Assembly: GCA_039803205.1 (NCBI GenBank) | Contig: JBDRYB010000002.1 | Span: 1 to 64,000, forward strand | Direction of reading: 5' to 3' | From: a candidate division WOR-3 bacterium | GTDB taxonomy: Bacteria > Hydrothermota > Hydrothermia > JBDRYB01 | Length of the DNA stretch: 64,000 nucleotides | In this document: in pieces, positions 20,008-30,807 of the stretch | Position numbering within the stretch: the first letter of the stretch is position 1 | Layout of the letters: each line of letters begins with the position of its first letter | Program-made: the position numbers and the translations under genes | The notes under the pieces: model-generated | Database searches by the model: none | The model's input: the letters and a program-made list of their open reading frames with translations, nothing else | What the model was told of the DNA's origin: nothing

Positions 20008-20742
20008 CCCAACTTTGACACCTAATTCTCTCAGCAGATCACGCCCCAAGGAGTCGGCACCATGGTCGCTGAGGCTCACGGTAAGCGAGGGCGGCTGATT
20101 CGGTTGTCAAACGAGGATCGCTTACCCTTATGACATACTTGCCATCATACCTCTCGGCCTCTGAGACCTTAGCCTGGTCTATCTCAAGGAGGCCCTTCCT
20201 TTATCCCCTGTTTCTTATCAGGGCTTTTGGGTTGGTTTCTATCTCCTCCCTCTCAGCCTCATCAGGGTTGTAGCATATTATGTAGCGTTCGCCATCAACT
20301 ACCGCCTCCTTTACCCAGAGCTCTGACTTACCTTCCCTCTCTATCCTGTGGTATCTACCCTGCCTTGAGAGGGCCTTTCTGGCAGGATGAGATGCCATCC
20401 TAAATCCTGTTATGTAGTCATAACCAGCCTCATCCATGAGCCTCAGGTTGGCCTCTGATACCATGCCCCTGTCGCAGACAAACACTGCCCTCTTTATCCC
20501 AAACCTTCTTCTGAGGTCATCAAGGGCTCTGTATAGGTGATGGAGCTCGAGGCTCTCAGAGCCCTCTATGAGGTATTCCTCCCTGAGCTTCTCTTGCAAC
20601 TTGAAAATATCCCTGGTTAAAAGATAATGTTGGCACCATGTTTTTAACCGAAATCAACCCTCCTCAGAAACCAAACCCTGATTTTACGCGGAACTCAGAG
20701 GATAAGATACCCAAAGAGCAGGGTTTTAGTGTCAAAGTTGAG
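20008..20742 (-). mobile_element. Non-autonomous IS1634-family derivative, copy 1 (735 bp)
   Basis: Terminal IRs CCCAACTTTGACAC / GTGTCAAAGTTGAG; transposase remnant motifs LYRALD, VCDRGMVSEANL, YIICYNP, ERYDGKYVI. Confidence 0.9.
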
Positions 20743-20842
20743 CCTAGCCGTGTTCTCAACTGAGAGCCCCAAATACCAGAGGAGAGAAGCCAAGGTCCAG
20801 AGCCTATCAGAGTATGGGCTTTCTTCTGGTCCTCTCCTTCAT
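20743..20842 (-). pseudogene. 5' half of a degraded HTH (transposase-like) gene split by the IS and inversion
   Basis: Reads ...LASLLWYLGLSVENTA up to the IS end; continues in frame at 36241. Confidence 0.55.
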
Positions 20843-20953
20843 GCCCAAAATGATAAATCACGGGGTCAATCAGGGGCTAGGGGGGTGAGGGATCACGTAA
20901 AATTCCCCATAGCCAAAGTAAATTTTTGTGCCCTGAATTTTCTCATGATCCAT

Positions 20954-20988
20954 CCGGGGGCCATCCCATCGGCCGGGATGACCCCCGG
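20954..20988 (-). terminator. GC-rich hairpin downstream of the FG-GAP gene
   Basis: CCGGGGG-C-CATCCC...GGGATG-A-CCCCCGG; no clear U-tract. Confidence 0.45.
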
Positions 20989-21011
20989 CTCTATCAGAAC
21001 TCCCACTGCTT

Positions 21012-22808
21012 TCATCTCTCTTTTCCTCCCACAATAACCCCTTGTCTCCTCAGGGTTTTGCCCTCTGTCTCCGCGACCACGGCATAGAAGCCCCTGTTCC
21101 CGGGGGCATATGTCATGCTTGTCCCGTTTCCCGTGAAGACCAGCCTTCCGGTCGCGTCATAGACCTGGACGCTTCCCCCGCGAGGCAGATAAACCTCAAG
21201 CGCTCTTTGCCCGAAGACCACCCTCGGGCCATCCGCTATCATGCCCTCTTCAATCTCCTCCCAGTTGGGGTCAATGTGTCCCGTGAATGCCACGGAGTCA
21301 AGGGTTGGTGAGACCCACCTGTCTGTTGTGCTCATAACCACCCTGTATTGGAAGTAGCGCGTGTTCTGGGTCAAAAGCCCGTTGAGGCTCGTGCCGCTTG
21401 TGGTTATGGGCCCTCCCCATGGCTCGGAGAGAATTGCAACCGGGTCATTTGAGGCCCTCACCCATATCTCAACCCTGGTTGGAGCCGGGATGTTCCCGGC
21501 GAAGTAGGCGTTATCCCAAACGAGCCTTTGCCCAGCATCCAGGATGGAGGATATGAGAACCCCAGGGGTATCATACCAAAGCCTCGTCTCATACCACAGG
21601 AGGCCCTCCTTGCCGGCCTGCGTTCCTGCCCTCACTAGGACATCAGCGTCCCCATCGTTGTCAAGATCACCCATGAACATCCCGAAGAAATGCCTGCCGG
21701 TTGCAAGGGTCCTCCGAATGAAGCTCATGTTCCCCTGGTTGTCGTAGAAGTAGATAGCCTGGCCATCCTGGTCTGCCACAACGAAATCAATATCCCCATC
21801 AGGATCAACATCAACCGCGTGGACCCCCATTGGTTTGAGCATGGTCATATCAACCGTGTGAACAATAAACGCGCCGGAGCCGTTGTTCTCATACCAGTAA
21901 AGCCCGCGGTTGTATTCCCTGCCTGTAGCAACCATGTCCAGATCGCCGTCCTTGTCCATATCCTTTGCCCAAAGCCCATAGGTTCCTACACCGTGTATGG
22001 TCTGTTGGGTGAAAACGGGCGGATTCGCGCCGTTGTTTGTGAAAAGAAGGAGACCGCCCCTCGTCGTGAGAGCGATGTCCATATCGCCATCCCGGTCAAA
22101 GTCAGCGACCCATATGTTCCAAGATGTGTTCAGGAGAGCCTGGGTAACCCTCCGCTTTGTGAAGTTCTCAGAGCCATCGTTCTGATACCAGTAGAGCCCT
22201 CCGCCGAGCCAGGATGCTGCTATGTCCAGGTCTCCATCACCATCAATGTCCTCAACGAAAACGCCCTCTCCTTCGGGGTTACCGCCTATATTGGGGTCTA
22301 TGAGGTGGCCGACGAAGATCTGAGAGCCCACATTTTCATACCAGATGAGGTCCCTGCCGGAGGCAGGGTGAGATGCCACAACGAGGTCGTTGTCCCCGTC
22401 CTGATCCAGGTCAATCATGAACGCCTCATCAACGGATTCTATGTTCGGTTCTATTATGTGCTTGGTGAAATTCCCCCTTCCGTCGTTCTCATACCAAGCC
22501 ACGATGTCCGGATCGGATTCATCCGTTGCTATTACATCAAGGTCTCCATCCTGATCGAGATCACCAACATCAGGGTCGTTGTCCCATCCGCCTATTGTCG
22601 GGTCAATCATGTGCTCAGGTAGGTTCTGTATGACTCCGGTGAGTCTTATGAGGGTGGGGAACTCGTTCCAGGTTATGCAGGTCTCAGCGTAGAAGGTATC
22701 ACCCCAGAAGGGCGTTGGACCGAGGTGCCCAGGTCCCCCTACCCAGCTGGTCTGGGAAAAGGAGAACTGGGCAACCATCCCATGTAAGATGATCTTCATC
22801 CATGTCAT
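21012..22808 (-). CDS. Secreted FG-GAP/VCBS repeat protein with T9SS-like C-terminal domain
   Basis: Seven DxDxDGDxD...W(F)YEN blades; VQVYDATGRLV tail; SD AAGGAGGTG. Confidence 0.88.
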   Translation of the reverse strand: MTWMKIILHGMVAQFSFSQTSWVGGPGHLGPTPFWGDTFYAETCITWNEFPTLIRLTGVIQNLPEHMIDPTIGGWDNDPDVGDLDQDGDLDVIATDESDPDIVAWYENDGRGNFTKHIIEPNIESVDEAFMIDLDQDGDNDLVVASHPASGRDLIWYENVGSQIFVGHLIDPNIGGNPEGEGVFVEDIDGDGDLDIAASWLGGGLYWYQNDGSENFTKRRVTQALLNTSWNIWVADFDRDGDMDIALTTRGGLLLFTNNGANPPVFTQQTIHGVGTYGLWAKDMDKDGDLDMVATGREYNRGLYWYENNGSGAFIVHTVDMTMLKPMGVHAVDVDPDGDIDFVVADQDGQAIYFYDNQGNMSFIRRTLATGRHFFGMFMGDLDNDGDADVLVRAGTQAGKEGLLWYETRLWYDTPGVLISSILDAGQRLVWDNAYFAGNIPAPTRVEIWVRASNDPVAILSEPWGGPITTSGTSLNGLLTQNTRYFQYRVVMSTTDRWVSPTLDSVAFTGHIDPNWEEIEEGMIADGPRVVFGQRALEVYLPRGGSVQVYDATGRLVFTGNGTSMTYAPGNRGFYAVVAETEGKTLRRQGVIVGGKER

Positions 22809-22932
22809 CTCAATCACCTCCTTTTTTCAAGCCTTTTCGTATCATACTAATAATCTAATATATCTGAGATGATTTGTCAATTGGCCACCCGGGAGTGATT
22901 GTGGAATATATAACTGGAGAATGGTGAAATCC

Positions 22933-24339
22933 CTACTCGCTCAGGAGGAGATAAACTTTGGTGAACGAGAACCTTCCATATGAGGAATAGGCGAATCCGA
23001 GATCTAGGCTATCAATTACCGAGAGAGAGGGGTCTTCCGGGGGAGAATCTGCCGGCAGAAAGATGAGGACTTTAGGGGGTAGGGGATCACCCGGAGCGTA
23101 TCTGGCCGCTCCGAGCTGAAGGCGTTTTGGCAGAAACCAGAAGAAAACCGACTCGCCCTTGAGCCTGAAAAGCGCGGAGTCCGCTGATGCAATGATCTCA
23201 CGGTTTCTTTCGGCGATCTGAGCGGCTTTTGCCATATAGATAGGGTTCTGAGCGAAGTATGTTGGGATATATGACCTGGCCCAAGCGAGGCCCAGAAATC
23301 CTATCAAACCTGCCCAGAAAAGCCAGCCTAACCATCTTTTCTTTGAGCTAATGTAAAGGTATATGGGGTAAGAGGCCAAAACGAGAAGGGGATATGTGAA
23401 CTGATATATCCTGTTTGGCCTCATGGCGATGAGCATGGGGAGGATGACCATACCACCAAGAACCCTTTTTAGCCAAGGAGATCTGGAGTTAAGCCCGCTT
23501 CTTGGGATGGCCCAAAAGATGCAAAATCCCCCAATAATAATCCCCGCCAGCAGAAGATGCCATCGCCGGGCTATCCAACCCGGGCCAACCCCGGTATAGT
23601 AGGATTTGACTATAACATCAATCAACTCCAAGTTTCCAGCCAGAAATGTTATGATAATACTGGCCGCAAAGATACCAAAGACCCCGCACAAGAGCCAAAC
23701 GCTCTCCGTGAACAATTCTTTTTTTATGTTGTAATAAAAGAAGACGAGCAAAAGCCCTGTTGGTATAACGATGGCGAGGGGATGTATCCAAAAACAGAGT
23801 GGCAGGATGATAAGCCCCAGCCTTCTCAGCCAAACCTTACCGGAAAGGATGGCAAAGGCGCCACCTGAGACCCAAAGCATGACAAGGGCCTCTGGTCTGG
23901 CTGAGTGAGCCTTGGCCAGAAGCGTAGGGGATGCGGCCAAAAAAAGGAACAGGGCGAGCGCTGATGGCCTTCCCTCCCCGACGCGAACAATAGTAAATCC
24001 AGCAAGGGTTATAGCCAGAGCCGTAGCTATTATGGAGGGCAATATGGATGAGAAGTAGCTGAGGCCGAAGAGCTTGAAAGAGAGAGCAAGGAGCCCTATT
24101 TGAATCCACATCGTAAAAGGACCCCATCCAACCTCATAAAGCTGTGGCACCCCAGAGAGGGGTGCTGATGGCCAACCCGCCTCTATCAAGCGTAAGGCGG
24201 CCTGGCTCCACCAAGCGCCATCGCCGAAAAAATCAAGGTTCGTGAACCTGGCCCAGAACACGAGGTTGAGGATGAGCCAGAGCGTGCTCACGCTGGCCAC
24301 GAAAATATGAGCATAGAGAAAATGTTTTCCGGCTCTCAC
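22933..24339 (-). CDS. Polytopic GT-C fold (ArnT/PMT-like) glycosyltransferase
   Basis: Many TM segments, GDGAWW after TM1, ARPE motif; start uncertain. Confidence 0.6.
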   Translation of the reverse strand: MRAGKHFLYAHIFVASVSTLWLILNLVFWARFTNLDFFGDGAWWSQAALRLIEAGWPSAPLSGVPQLYEVGWGPFTMWIQIGLLALSFKLFGLSYFSSILPSIIATALAITLAGFTIVRVGEGRPSALALFLFLAASPTLLAKAHSARPEALVMLWVSGGAFAILSGKVWLRRLGLIILPLCFWIHPLAIVIPTGLLLVFFYYNIKKELFTESVWLLCGVFGIFAASIIITFLAGNLELIDVIVKSYYTGVGPGWIARRWHLLLAGIIIGGFCIFWAIPRSGLNSRSPWLKRVLGGMVILPMLIAMRPNRIYQFTYPLLVLASYPIYLYISSKKRWLGWLFWAGLIGFLGLAWARSYIPTYFAQNPIYMAKAAQIAERNREIIASADSALFRLKGESVFFWFLPKRLQLGAARYAPGDPLPPKVLIFLPADSPPEDPSLSVIDSLDLGFAYSSYGRFSFTKVYLLLSE

Positions 24340-24423
24340 GCTTATAGTATCATATCCACCTTCCTCTTGGTGCAACTTGATGATCTTTGCGTGGGGCCAG
24401 GCCCATGCCTGAAAATATCACAC

Positions 24424-26253
24424 ATGGATACAGGGTTTTCCGTCTCGGCGGTTTCCATTGTGATGTTGGCCGTCGGGATCTGGCCCATAGCCCACATCCC
24501 TCTGGGCGCGCCAGTTCTTCTGGCCTGGCAAAAGGAACGAGAAATCGGTTTTTGGAACCTAGCCGCTTGTCTGGCAGGGGGCCAGGTGTTTCTGTCCGCA
24601 ACGACATACCTTCTCTACATATTCGGGTTTCGTTTTCCTACCGTGGGTTTTCTGGCGCTTGCCATCCTCTTCCCCCTCTGGGTTTGGGGCATCCTGTTGC
24701 TCGTGAGGAGCCGTTGGGATATTAGCCTACCGAGATGGCTTTTGATTGGGTTGGCTATAACGATGGCACTCATTCTCATCAGGCTCATCAAGGGCGTAAT
24801 TCACGATGAGGGTTTTCACTTCCCAAAGGTAGCGAGCATCATCCTCGGAGACCCTCCCTATTTCGTTCCCAAGGGAACAGCGGGCTATCAAGGAGCATAT
24901 CATTTCGGGGTTGACTACCTCGCCGCTTTCTGGACATGGGCTATATTTCCGTTTAGGCAGTGGGTTCCCTTCAACGCGATGGCATTCTGGAGCTCAGCCG
25001 CAACCTATGTGCTCTTAGGCTGGTTCTTCAGGAGATTCCTCCCGGAACCCTGGGCCTCACTCTCGCCATTTCTAGCCTTTTGGCTCGGGAACTGGTATTC
25101 TCCGGTCGGGCTTTGGGGCATAATACTTGAAAGAAGGTCCCTGATCGCTATCCTAATGAATGCCTACAACCCCATGTTTTTCTCTTATTTCATCCAGGCT
25201 CCCATGGTTTTCGGCTTCCCGCTCCTTTTATCAGCCCTTTGCCTGGCAGAGGAGAGGAGGTTCTCTCGCGCTGGGCTTCTGGCGGGGCCGCTCCTCCTTG
25301 CCAATCAGGCCCTATTCGCATTTCTGATCGGTTATTCCCTTATTAGTTCGCTCACAAAGAAGAGATACATCATGACCCTCCTTGTTGCCCTCGTCCTTTC
25401 GGCTCCTTTTCTGCCCCACTTGGTCGTCCGAGGAAACCTCTCGGATTCCCCTTCGTTTGCCTTCGGGTTGCCCATCTTAAATCTCGTAGACACCGGCACC
25501 GCGTCAGGCCTCATCAATTACATTCTCTTCTTTTTCCCCGTGCTTCCTCTTTACATACACGGAGCATTCCTTGGGTTCAAGGATCCTGCCAGAAGAGCAC
25601 CCCTTTTGCCCCTCCTGATGATAACTGCCCTCTTGTTCCTCGCGCCTCACTTCATTTCCTACCTCCATACCGGAGATTTCTTCAAGTTCTTCATGCTTTG
25701 GGGCGTTTTTGGGCTCCCCATAACCCTTCTGAGCCTTAGCGAGCTTTGGCAAAGGTCAAAGCTCTGGAAGATTACATTACTTGCGGCTTTATTGCCCGGC
25801 ATCCTCTCCTATCTCCTGGGCTTCGGAATTACATCAGCGCGGACGAGAAGGCTCGTCAAATGGGAGAGGGTTAGGCCGGACATCATCTCCGCGCAGAACG
25901 CTCTGAGAGGAAAGGGGGGAGTCCTGATAATAAACCCGCCAATAAGATATATCTCCATCAATAAAGATACTCTGGAGTATTCTGATGGTGATGCAGAAGA
26001 GCGCGAGCGCCTCCTGATGATCCTTGGAGGTGCAGGAATCCCTCACTATCCGTGCGGCCAGATCTATGGGAAGGCGCGAGATGATTACGCCGCGCTCATT
26101 GGGCCTTGGCTATTCCTCGAGGATATCCCTCGCTCGCTTTTGAGATCGTTTGGGGTTGGTCTCATTGCCTTCCCTTCGGAAAAGCCCTCACCTGATATAG
26201 CTGACCGCAAGGTCTTAACAATTGGGAAGACAGCATTTTACGCCATCAGGTAG
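24424..26253 (+). CDS. Large polytopic membrane protein, possible GT-C glycosyltransferase
   Basis: About 13 TM segments, HDEGFH and YHFGVD luminal motifs; start uncertain. Confidence 0.55.
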   Translation: MDTGFSVSAVSIVMLAVGIWPIAHIPLGAPVLLAWQKEREIGFWNLAACLAGGQVFLSATTYLLYIFGFRFPTVGFLALAILFPLWVWGILLLVRSRWDISLPRWLLIGLAITMALILIRLIKGVIHDEGFHFPKVASIILGDPPYFVPKGTAGYQGAYHFGVDYLAAFWTWAIFPFRQWVPFNAMAFWSSAATYVLLGWFFRRFLPEPWASLSPFLAFWLGNWYSPVGLWGIILERRSLIAILMNAYNPMFFSYFIQAPMVFGFPLLLSALCLAEERRFSRAGLLAGPLLLANQALFAFLIGYSLISSLTKKRYIMTLLVALVLSAPFLPHLVVRGNLSDSPSFAFGLPILNLVDTGTASGLINYILFFFPVLPLYIHGAFLGFKDPARRAPLLPLLMITALLFLAPHFISYLHTGDFFKFFMLWGVFGLPITLLSLSELWQRSKLWKITLLAALLPGILSYLLGFGITSARTRRLVKWERVRPDIISAQNALRGKGGVLIINPPIRYISINKDTLEYSDGDAEERERLLMILGGAGIPHYPCGQIYGKARDDYAALIGPWLFLEDIPRSLLRSFGVGLIAFPSEKPSPDIADRKVLTIGKTAFYAIR

Positions 26254-26301
26254 GGTAGGCTGTGGTTGCAAGAACCCCTCTTTTGGCCTGAGAATATAGC
26301 C

Positions 26302-26484
26302 ATGAACATCGGATTGCCGGAAATTCTTCTCATTCTTCTCCTTATAATTCTCCTCTTTGGTGCAAAGAAACTGCCCGAGCTCGCACGGGGGATGGGCGAG
26401 GCCCTCAGGGAGTTCCGGAAGGCGCAGAGGGAGGGGAGGGAAGGGAACAACGATGGAGAGGGTAAGGATAAAGGGAACGGGTGA
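26302..26484 (+). CDS. tatA: Twin-arginine translocase subunit TatA/E
   Basis: [39 protein letters not shown]. Confidence 0.95.
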   Translation: [60 protein letters not shown]

Positions 26485-27811
26485 GCTCTTTCCCCGTTTC
26501 ATCCCGTATATAGTTGCCGTTTTGGTGGTTCTCGTCGCGGAATTCCTTTACTTTGGCACTGATCTGCCCGTGAGCTTCTTGGCTTTTGTCGTAGTCGGAG
26601 CCCTGGCTCTTGTTTTATTCGCGCTGAACCCATACTGGGCGATCCTCGGACTCTTTCTGATCAAGCCGATCCTGGATACCATGTGGGGAACATATTCATC
26701 GGGCGGGATAAAGGGGACCTGGTTGATGGGGGTTGTAGGGCCTCTCGTTTGGCTTTTTGGAATGCTTTATTACAGGATATCACCTCTGGATTACAAATTG
26801 GGAAGGACAATGATATTCTGGGGCGCCTGCTGTCTTTTGCCCATGATCTTAATTCCATTTTCCACCCCGGGTGTGGCTCCCCTCCTCGGTCCGCTTATCT
26901 CCCTGAAACTGCTCAACGGTTGGGGTTTCTACTTCCTGATTCCGTTCCTGATCAAGAGCAGAGAAGACTTCAATCTGTTCATATACGCCTGGCTTGCCTC
27001 AACCGTAATTCCCGCCATTCTTGGGCTTTATTACCTGATAACCGGAAACCCCTGGGGTTTCCAGATCACTGCTGGTTGGTGGAGATTGTCTGGCCCTTAT
27101 CACGACGCGGCCGCTTTTATGACCGAGATAGCCCCTGGGCTACCGATAATGCTTTATTTAGCTTCAGGAGCTAAGATATGGTGGAAGAGGGTTCTCTGGC
27201 TCATTCCTATCGGGATATGGCTCATCCTCGCTTTCAACTCATATACGAGGTCCTTCTGGATATCGGCTTCACTCACCATGCTCATTTGGGCTTTGGTAGG
27301 GATTTGGCAACCTTTCGCTCTTGCGGCCGTAGGAACAATCTACAAGTGGGGTATTATCTGGAAACGCTTTACGGTAGCAGGGATTGAGGATATTGATAAC
27401 CCTTATGCTCTTGGCGGGCGAATGGGTCTATGGGAGACATTCTGGACGGTGTTCAAGAAGGTTCCTTGGCCCGAAAAGCTAATAGGATATTGGGCGTTCA
27501 GCGAGCACAGGAGTTGGAGGCTCCCCGATCTCCACATTCAGTATACGCAGATGATTTTCCATCTGGGCATATTCGGCTTCATAAGCTTCATGAGCATTCT
27601 CTTTGGTTTCTTCTATTATATTTTTAGGATCGTATTTACCAAGCCAAACTGCCGAAGGGAAGGCCTTCTGGGGCTTTCCCTGTTGATTTTTGCCGCTGTG
27701 TTATCGGGAACAGGGGGCTATTTCTTCGTCCCGAATAACCAGTGGCTTCTCTTTGGATCCATGGGAATTTTGATAAACTCGGATGTTTGGTGCAATGACC
27801 GACAGGAATGA
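26453..27811 (+). CDS. O-antigen ligase/polymerase-like (Wzy_C) membrane protein
   Basis: RLSGPY, SYTRS, GRMGLW, LHIQY...HLGIFG. Confidence 0.75.
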   Translation: MERVRIKGTGELFPRFIPYIVAVLVVLVAEFLYFGTDLPVSFLAFVVVGALALVLFALNPYWAILGLFLIKPILDTMWGTYSSGGIKGTWLMGVVGPLVWLFGMLYYRISPLDYKLGRTMIFWGACCLLPMILIPFSTPGVAPLLGPLISLKLLNGWGFYFLIPFLIKSREDFNLFIYAWLASTVIPAILGLYYLITGNPWGFQITAGWWRLSGPYHDAAAFMTEIAPGLPIMLYLASGAKIWWKRVLWLIPIGIWLILAFNSYTRSFWISASLTMLIWALVGIWQPFALAAVGTIYKWGIIWKRFTVAGIEDIDNPYALGGRMGLWETFWTVFKKVPWPEKLIGYWAFSEHRSWRLPDLHIQYTQMIFHLGIFGFISFMSILFGFFYYIFRIVFTKPNCRREGLLGLSLLIFAAVLSGTGGYFFVPNNQWLLFGSMGILINSDVWCNDRQE

Positions 27812-29015
27812 GAGGCTATTCCTCGGCGGAATTTTACTCTTGGCCCTTGCTATTCGGCTTCTTGCTATGCTCTTTGCCCCTCAAATGCCTTCCCAAAGCG
27901 GCGATGAGGGCATGTATTACAGGTTGGCTTTGGAGGTCTTGGAGAAAGGCTTTCTGGTTTCGGATCGCCCCCCGCTTTACCCCGCGTTCATCGCTCTTTG
28001 CCTCACTATCTTCAAAAGCCCTGTCTCGGTTCTCTGGATTCAGGCGATAATAACTGCGTTTTGGCCTTTGATGATCTGGGACATGGGCAAGAAGCTCGGA
28101 TTGAAGGTTCACATGGCGCTTTGGGCGGCCATTGCAGTAGCGGTTTTTCCCCCGTTCATACTTTACGCGACCAGGGCCTGGCTCTCTGAGTCCCTTTTCA
28201 CGACCCTTCTCCTTCTGGCTCTATGGGGTTCTTTTGCCAGCTCCGGATTTTGGCCAGGGTTCACATGGGGAATAACCTCGCTCGCAAAGCCAACAAGCCC
28301 AATAATGGCCCTTGGTTATCCGATAGCCCAGATCGCCCACCCTAGACGCTGGCTCCTTTTTCTCTTCGGGCTTGGTTTGATCGCTGGTTCTTTCTTTATA
28401 TACAACAGCCTAACAGGCGAGGATCGCACTCCATACGGGACCCATGGCGGAAGAGGAATAGTGGAGATCATTAAAATTGAAAATGGTCCGTGCGCGGAAG
28501 GAACCCAGCTTTACGCGGGCCTACTTAAACCCCCTGAGGGAACTGACTGCGGCGATATTCTTTGGAGGCTCAAAAGGCCCCATACTATACCGGTTCTTAT
28601 GCTGAAAAAAGCCGCTTTTCTGACCTTGCCATATAGAGGGGTTAAGCTAAGGGAACTGGCCCTCGGGCCATGGCACACGAGGTTTCTCGTTCTTCTTCTC
28701 GTGGTCATTCCGGACGCTCTGGCGTTCATTTTCGGTGGATTATACCTTACATTCGTGGGAATAAGGAGAAGGGAGGTCTTCCCTTTATCTTGGGTTTGGC
28801 TCTCAACCCTCGGTCTCGCGCTCGTGTTTCACGGGGAGACTCGGTATCTTCTTCCAGCTATGCCCCTCTTCATTCTGGGGGCATTCCTTCTCTGTCAAGA
28901 AATAAGGAGGATCCGCCCTTGGATGCTTATAATTTGGTGCGTTTTCGCAGGCCTCTTGATGTTCGCATGGGTTTTCTGGTGCCTCCCCTTCTATCTTTGC
29001 CACCCGCTCAGGTAG
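27795..29015 (+). CDS. GT39/ArnT-like glycosyltransferase
   Basis: GDEGMYY, RPPLYP, LSESLF, TRYLLP. Confidence 0.75.
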   Translation: MTDRNERLFLGGILLLALAIRLLAMLFAPQMPSQSGDEGMYYRLALEVLEKGFLVSDRPPLYPAFIALCLTIFKSPVSVLWIQAIITAFWPLMIWDMGKKLGLKVHMALWAAIAVAVFPPFILYATRAWLSESLFTTLLLLALWGSFASSGFWPGFTWGITSLAKPTSPIMALGYPIAQIAHPRRWLLFLFGLGLIAGSFFIYNSLTGEDRTPYGTHGGRGIVEIIKIENGPCAEGTQLYAGLLKPPEGTDCGDILWRLKRPHTIPVLMLKKAAFLTLPYRGVKLRELALGPWHTRFLVLLLVVIPDALAFIFGGLYLTFVGIRRREVFPLSWVWLSTLGLALVFHGETRYLLPAMPLFILGAFLLCQEIRRIRPWMLIIWCVFAGLLMFAWVFWCLPFYLCHPLR

Positions 29016-29742
29016 GCTTCTTCTGGAAGAGGACATAGGAGACCGACGCGCACTCCCTCGCGAGGGGATTGAGCCAGAAGAGGACATCCAACCACTTTAT
29101 CGGGAATGTGAGAATGGATACCGCAATGTAAATGATGTCCCTGAGCGGCCTTATCCCAAAGGACAGGAGGGTTGAGAGCCACATCTGAAATGTCCAAAGC
29201 AAGGCGGATGTGGGTCCTCCGAGGACCCCTTCCTCAAGGAGCACGAGGCTCTCTCTTTTGTAAATGGCCCTCGCTCCCTCGTGGGTCCAGCGCCTGTGAT
29301 CATCAGGACAGGAGTGAAAGGGTTGGAGAAATGGCACGCAGATGTATATGAAACCCCCTGGTTTGACGACCCGCTCCATTTCCCGAACGGCCCACTCTGG
29401 TTCTTTGACATGCTCAAGAACAACATACGAGATGACAGCGAAGAGGCTCTCTGACCTTATCGGAAGCTCACAGACATCGCCGATAACCGAGACGGGCTTG
29501 TATCTCGCGAGATCCAGGTTGAAGACCCTGGCTTCTTTACACCGGAAATCCTGGGCACCTGAGCCGAGGTTGAATATGACATCGCCTTTTGTCGGCCTTC
29601 CGTATTTCTTGAATAGCCTGGTGGGCTGTCTATCCAGATATGTGAACACAGGCGAGAAGATAGCGAAGACGAGTCTATACAGAAGAGGATGGGATTTAGC
29701 CGCCTCTTTCAGCAGAACCACCAGGTTATGGTATTTTCTCAT
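29008..29742 (-). CDS. Class I SAM-dependent methyltransferase
   Basis: FNLGSG, VLEHV, RVVKPGG, PFLQPFH..PDDHRRW. Confidence 0.85.
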   Translation of the reverse strand: MRKYHNLVVLLKEAAKSHPLLYRLVFAIFSPVFTYLDRQPTRLFKKYGRPTKGDVIFNLGSGAQDFRCKEARVFNLDLARYKPVSVIGDVCELPIRSESLFAVISYVVLEHVKEPEWAVREMERVVKPGGFIYICVPFLQPFHSCPDDHRRWTHEGARAIYKRESLVLLEEGVLGGPTSALLWTFQMWLSTLLSFGIRPLRDIIYIAVSILTFPIKWLDVLFWLNPLARECASVSYVLFQKKPT

Positions 29743-30716
29743 CGGAGAGATGATTTGTTGGCTATGGCGGACGCGACTATAAAGAGAGCGAGGGTATCGT
29801 AGTCAATTCCGGCCGCTGCAGCCTCAGCCGGAAGGTCAGAGAGATCCGTCATCCCCGGTATGGTGTTGACCTCAAGTATGTAAGCTTCATCCTCGGAAAC
29901 CGCGAAGTCAACCCTTGAGAATGTCCTACAGCCTAGGAGGTTGTGCGCTCTCACAGCGAGGGATTGAACCCGGTGGTATAGCAAGGGAGGCAATTCGGCC
30001 GGTATGACGAAGTCCGTTATCCCTTTGGTGTATTTTGCAGTGTAGTCGTAGAATTCCCTCCCCTTGACCCTCAATTCCAGCGCGGGAACAGCAAAAGCAT
30101 CAGCACCTGTTCCGAGGACGCCGCAGGTCACGGTTTTCCCTGTGATATACTTCTCGGCGAAAATAAGGGGATACCACCGAGACATTTCGGCAAGGCCGCT
30201 AATCAGCTCCTTCTCATCGTGGGCTATCCTCACCCCGAGCGATGAACCTTCCCTTCTCGGCTTCAGAACGCAGGGAAAGCCCAATCCGCTTTTGATCTTG
30301 TTGGCGAAATCGTCCAATAGCTCCCCAGGCTCAGGAAACACATAGCTTGGGGTTGGTAGGCCGTTGGCGATAAAGGCCCATTTGGCTACGAGCTTGTCCA
30401 TAGCAAAAGCGGATGCAAAGTGATCCGATCCCGTATACGGTATTCCAGCAAGCTCAAGCGCGGATTGAACGGTTCCATCCTCTCCTGGAGTTCCGTGGAG
30501 CATAACGCAGACCAGGTCAGCTTTTCGTTCCTTTATTTTCGCGATGAAGTCGCCCTCTAGTTCCAAGGTGAAGGAGTCTATTCCCTGCCTGAGAAGGGCC
30601 TCGTTCATCCGCGCGCCGGAGCGCCGAGAAACCTCGGCCTCCCCGGATGGCCCGCCGACCAGGACGCATACCTTTTTTCCGCGCAGGCGGTTTTTTATGG
30701 TCTCCGCGTCAATCAT
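29739..30716 (-). CDS. ddl: D-alanine--D-alanine ligase
   Basis: GGPSGEAEVS, LHGTPGEDG, EGSSLG, FYDYTAKY, EVNTIPGMT. Confidence 0.95.
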   Translation of the reverse strand: MIDAETIKNRLRGKKVCVLVGGPSGEAEVSRRSGARMNEALLRQGIDSFTLELEGDFIAKIKERKADLVCVMLHGTPGEDGTVQSALELAGIPYTGSDHFASAFAMDKLVAKWAFIANGLPTPSYVFPEPGELLDDFANKIKSGLGFPCVLKPRREGSSLGVRIAHDEKELISGLAEMSRWYPLIFAEKYITGKTVTCGVLGTGADAFAVPALELRVKGREFYDYTAKYTKGITDFVIPAELPPLLYHRVQSLAVRAHNLLGCRTFSRVDFAVSEDEAYILEVNTIPGMTDLSDLPAEAAAAGIDYDTLALFIVASAIANKSSLR

Positions 30717-30807
30717 GTCCAAGATTATAACGCGCGAGCCGGTCCAAATTGCATTCTATTGTTGCGCCGCAATAGCATTCCACATTAAAATTAAGGCCTT
30801 AAGTTCT

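Noticed and set aside
20201..20599. Functional 132-aa transposase (also 35649-36047)
   Set aside because: Lacks most of the DDE core and stops prematurely; it is a remnant.
29739..30716. Vancomycin-resistance D-Ala-D-Lac ligase
   Set aside because: The omega loop FYDYTAKY is the D-Ala-D-Ala type and no van genes are nearby.
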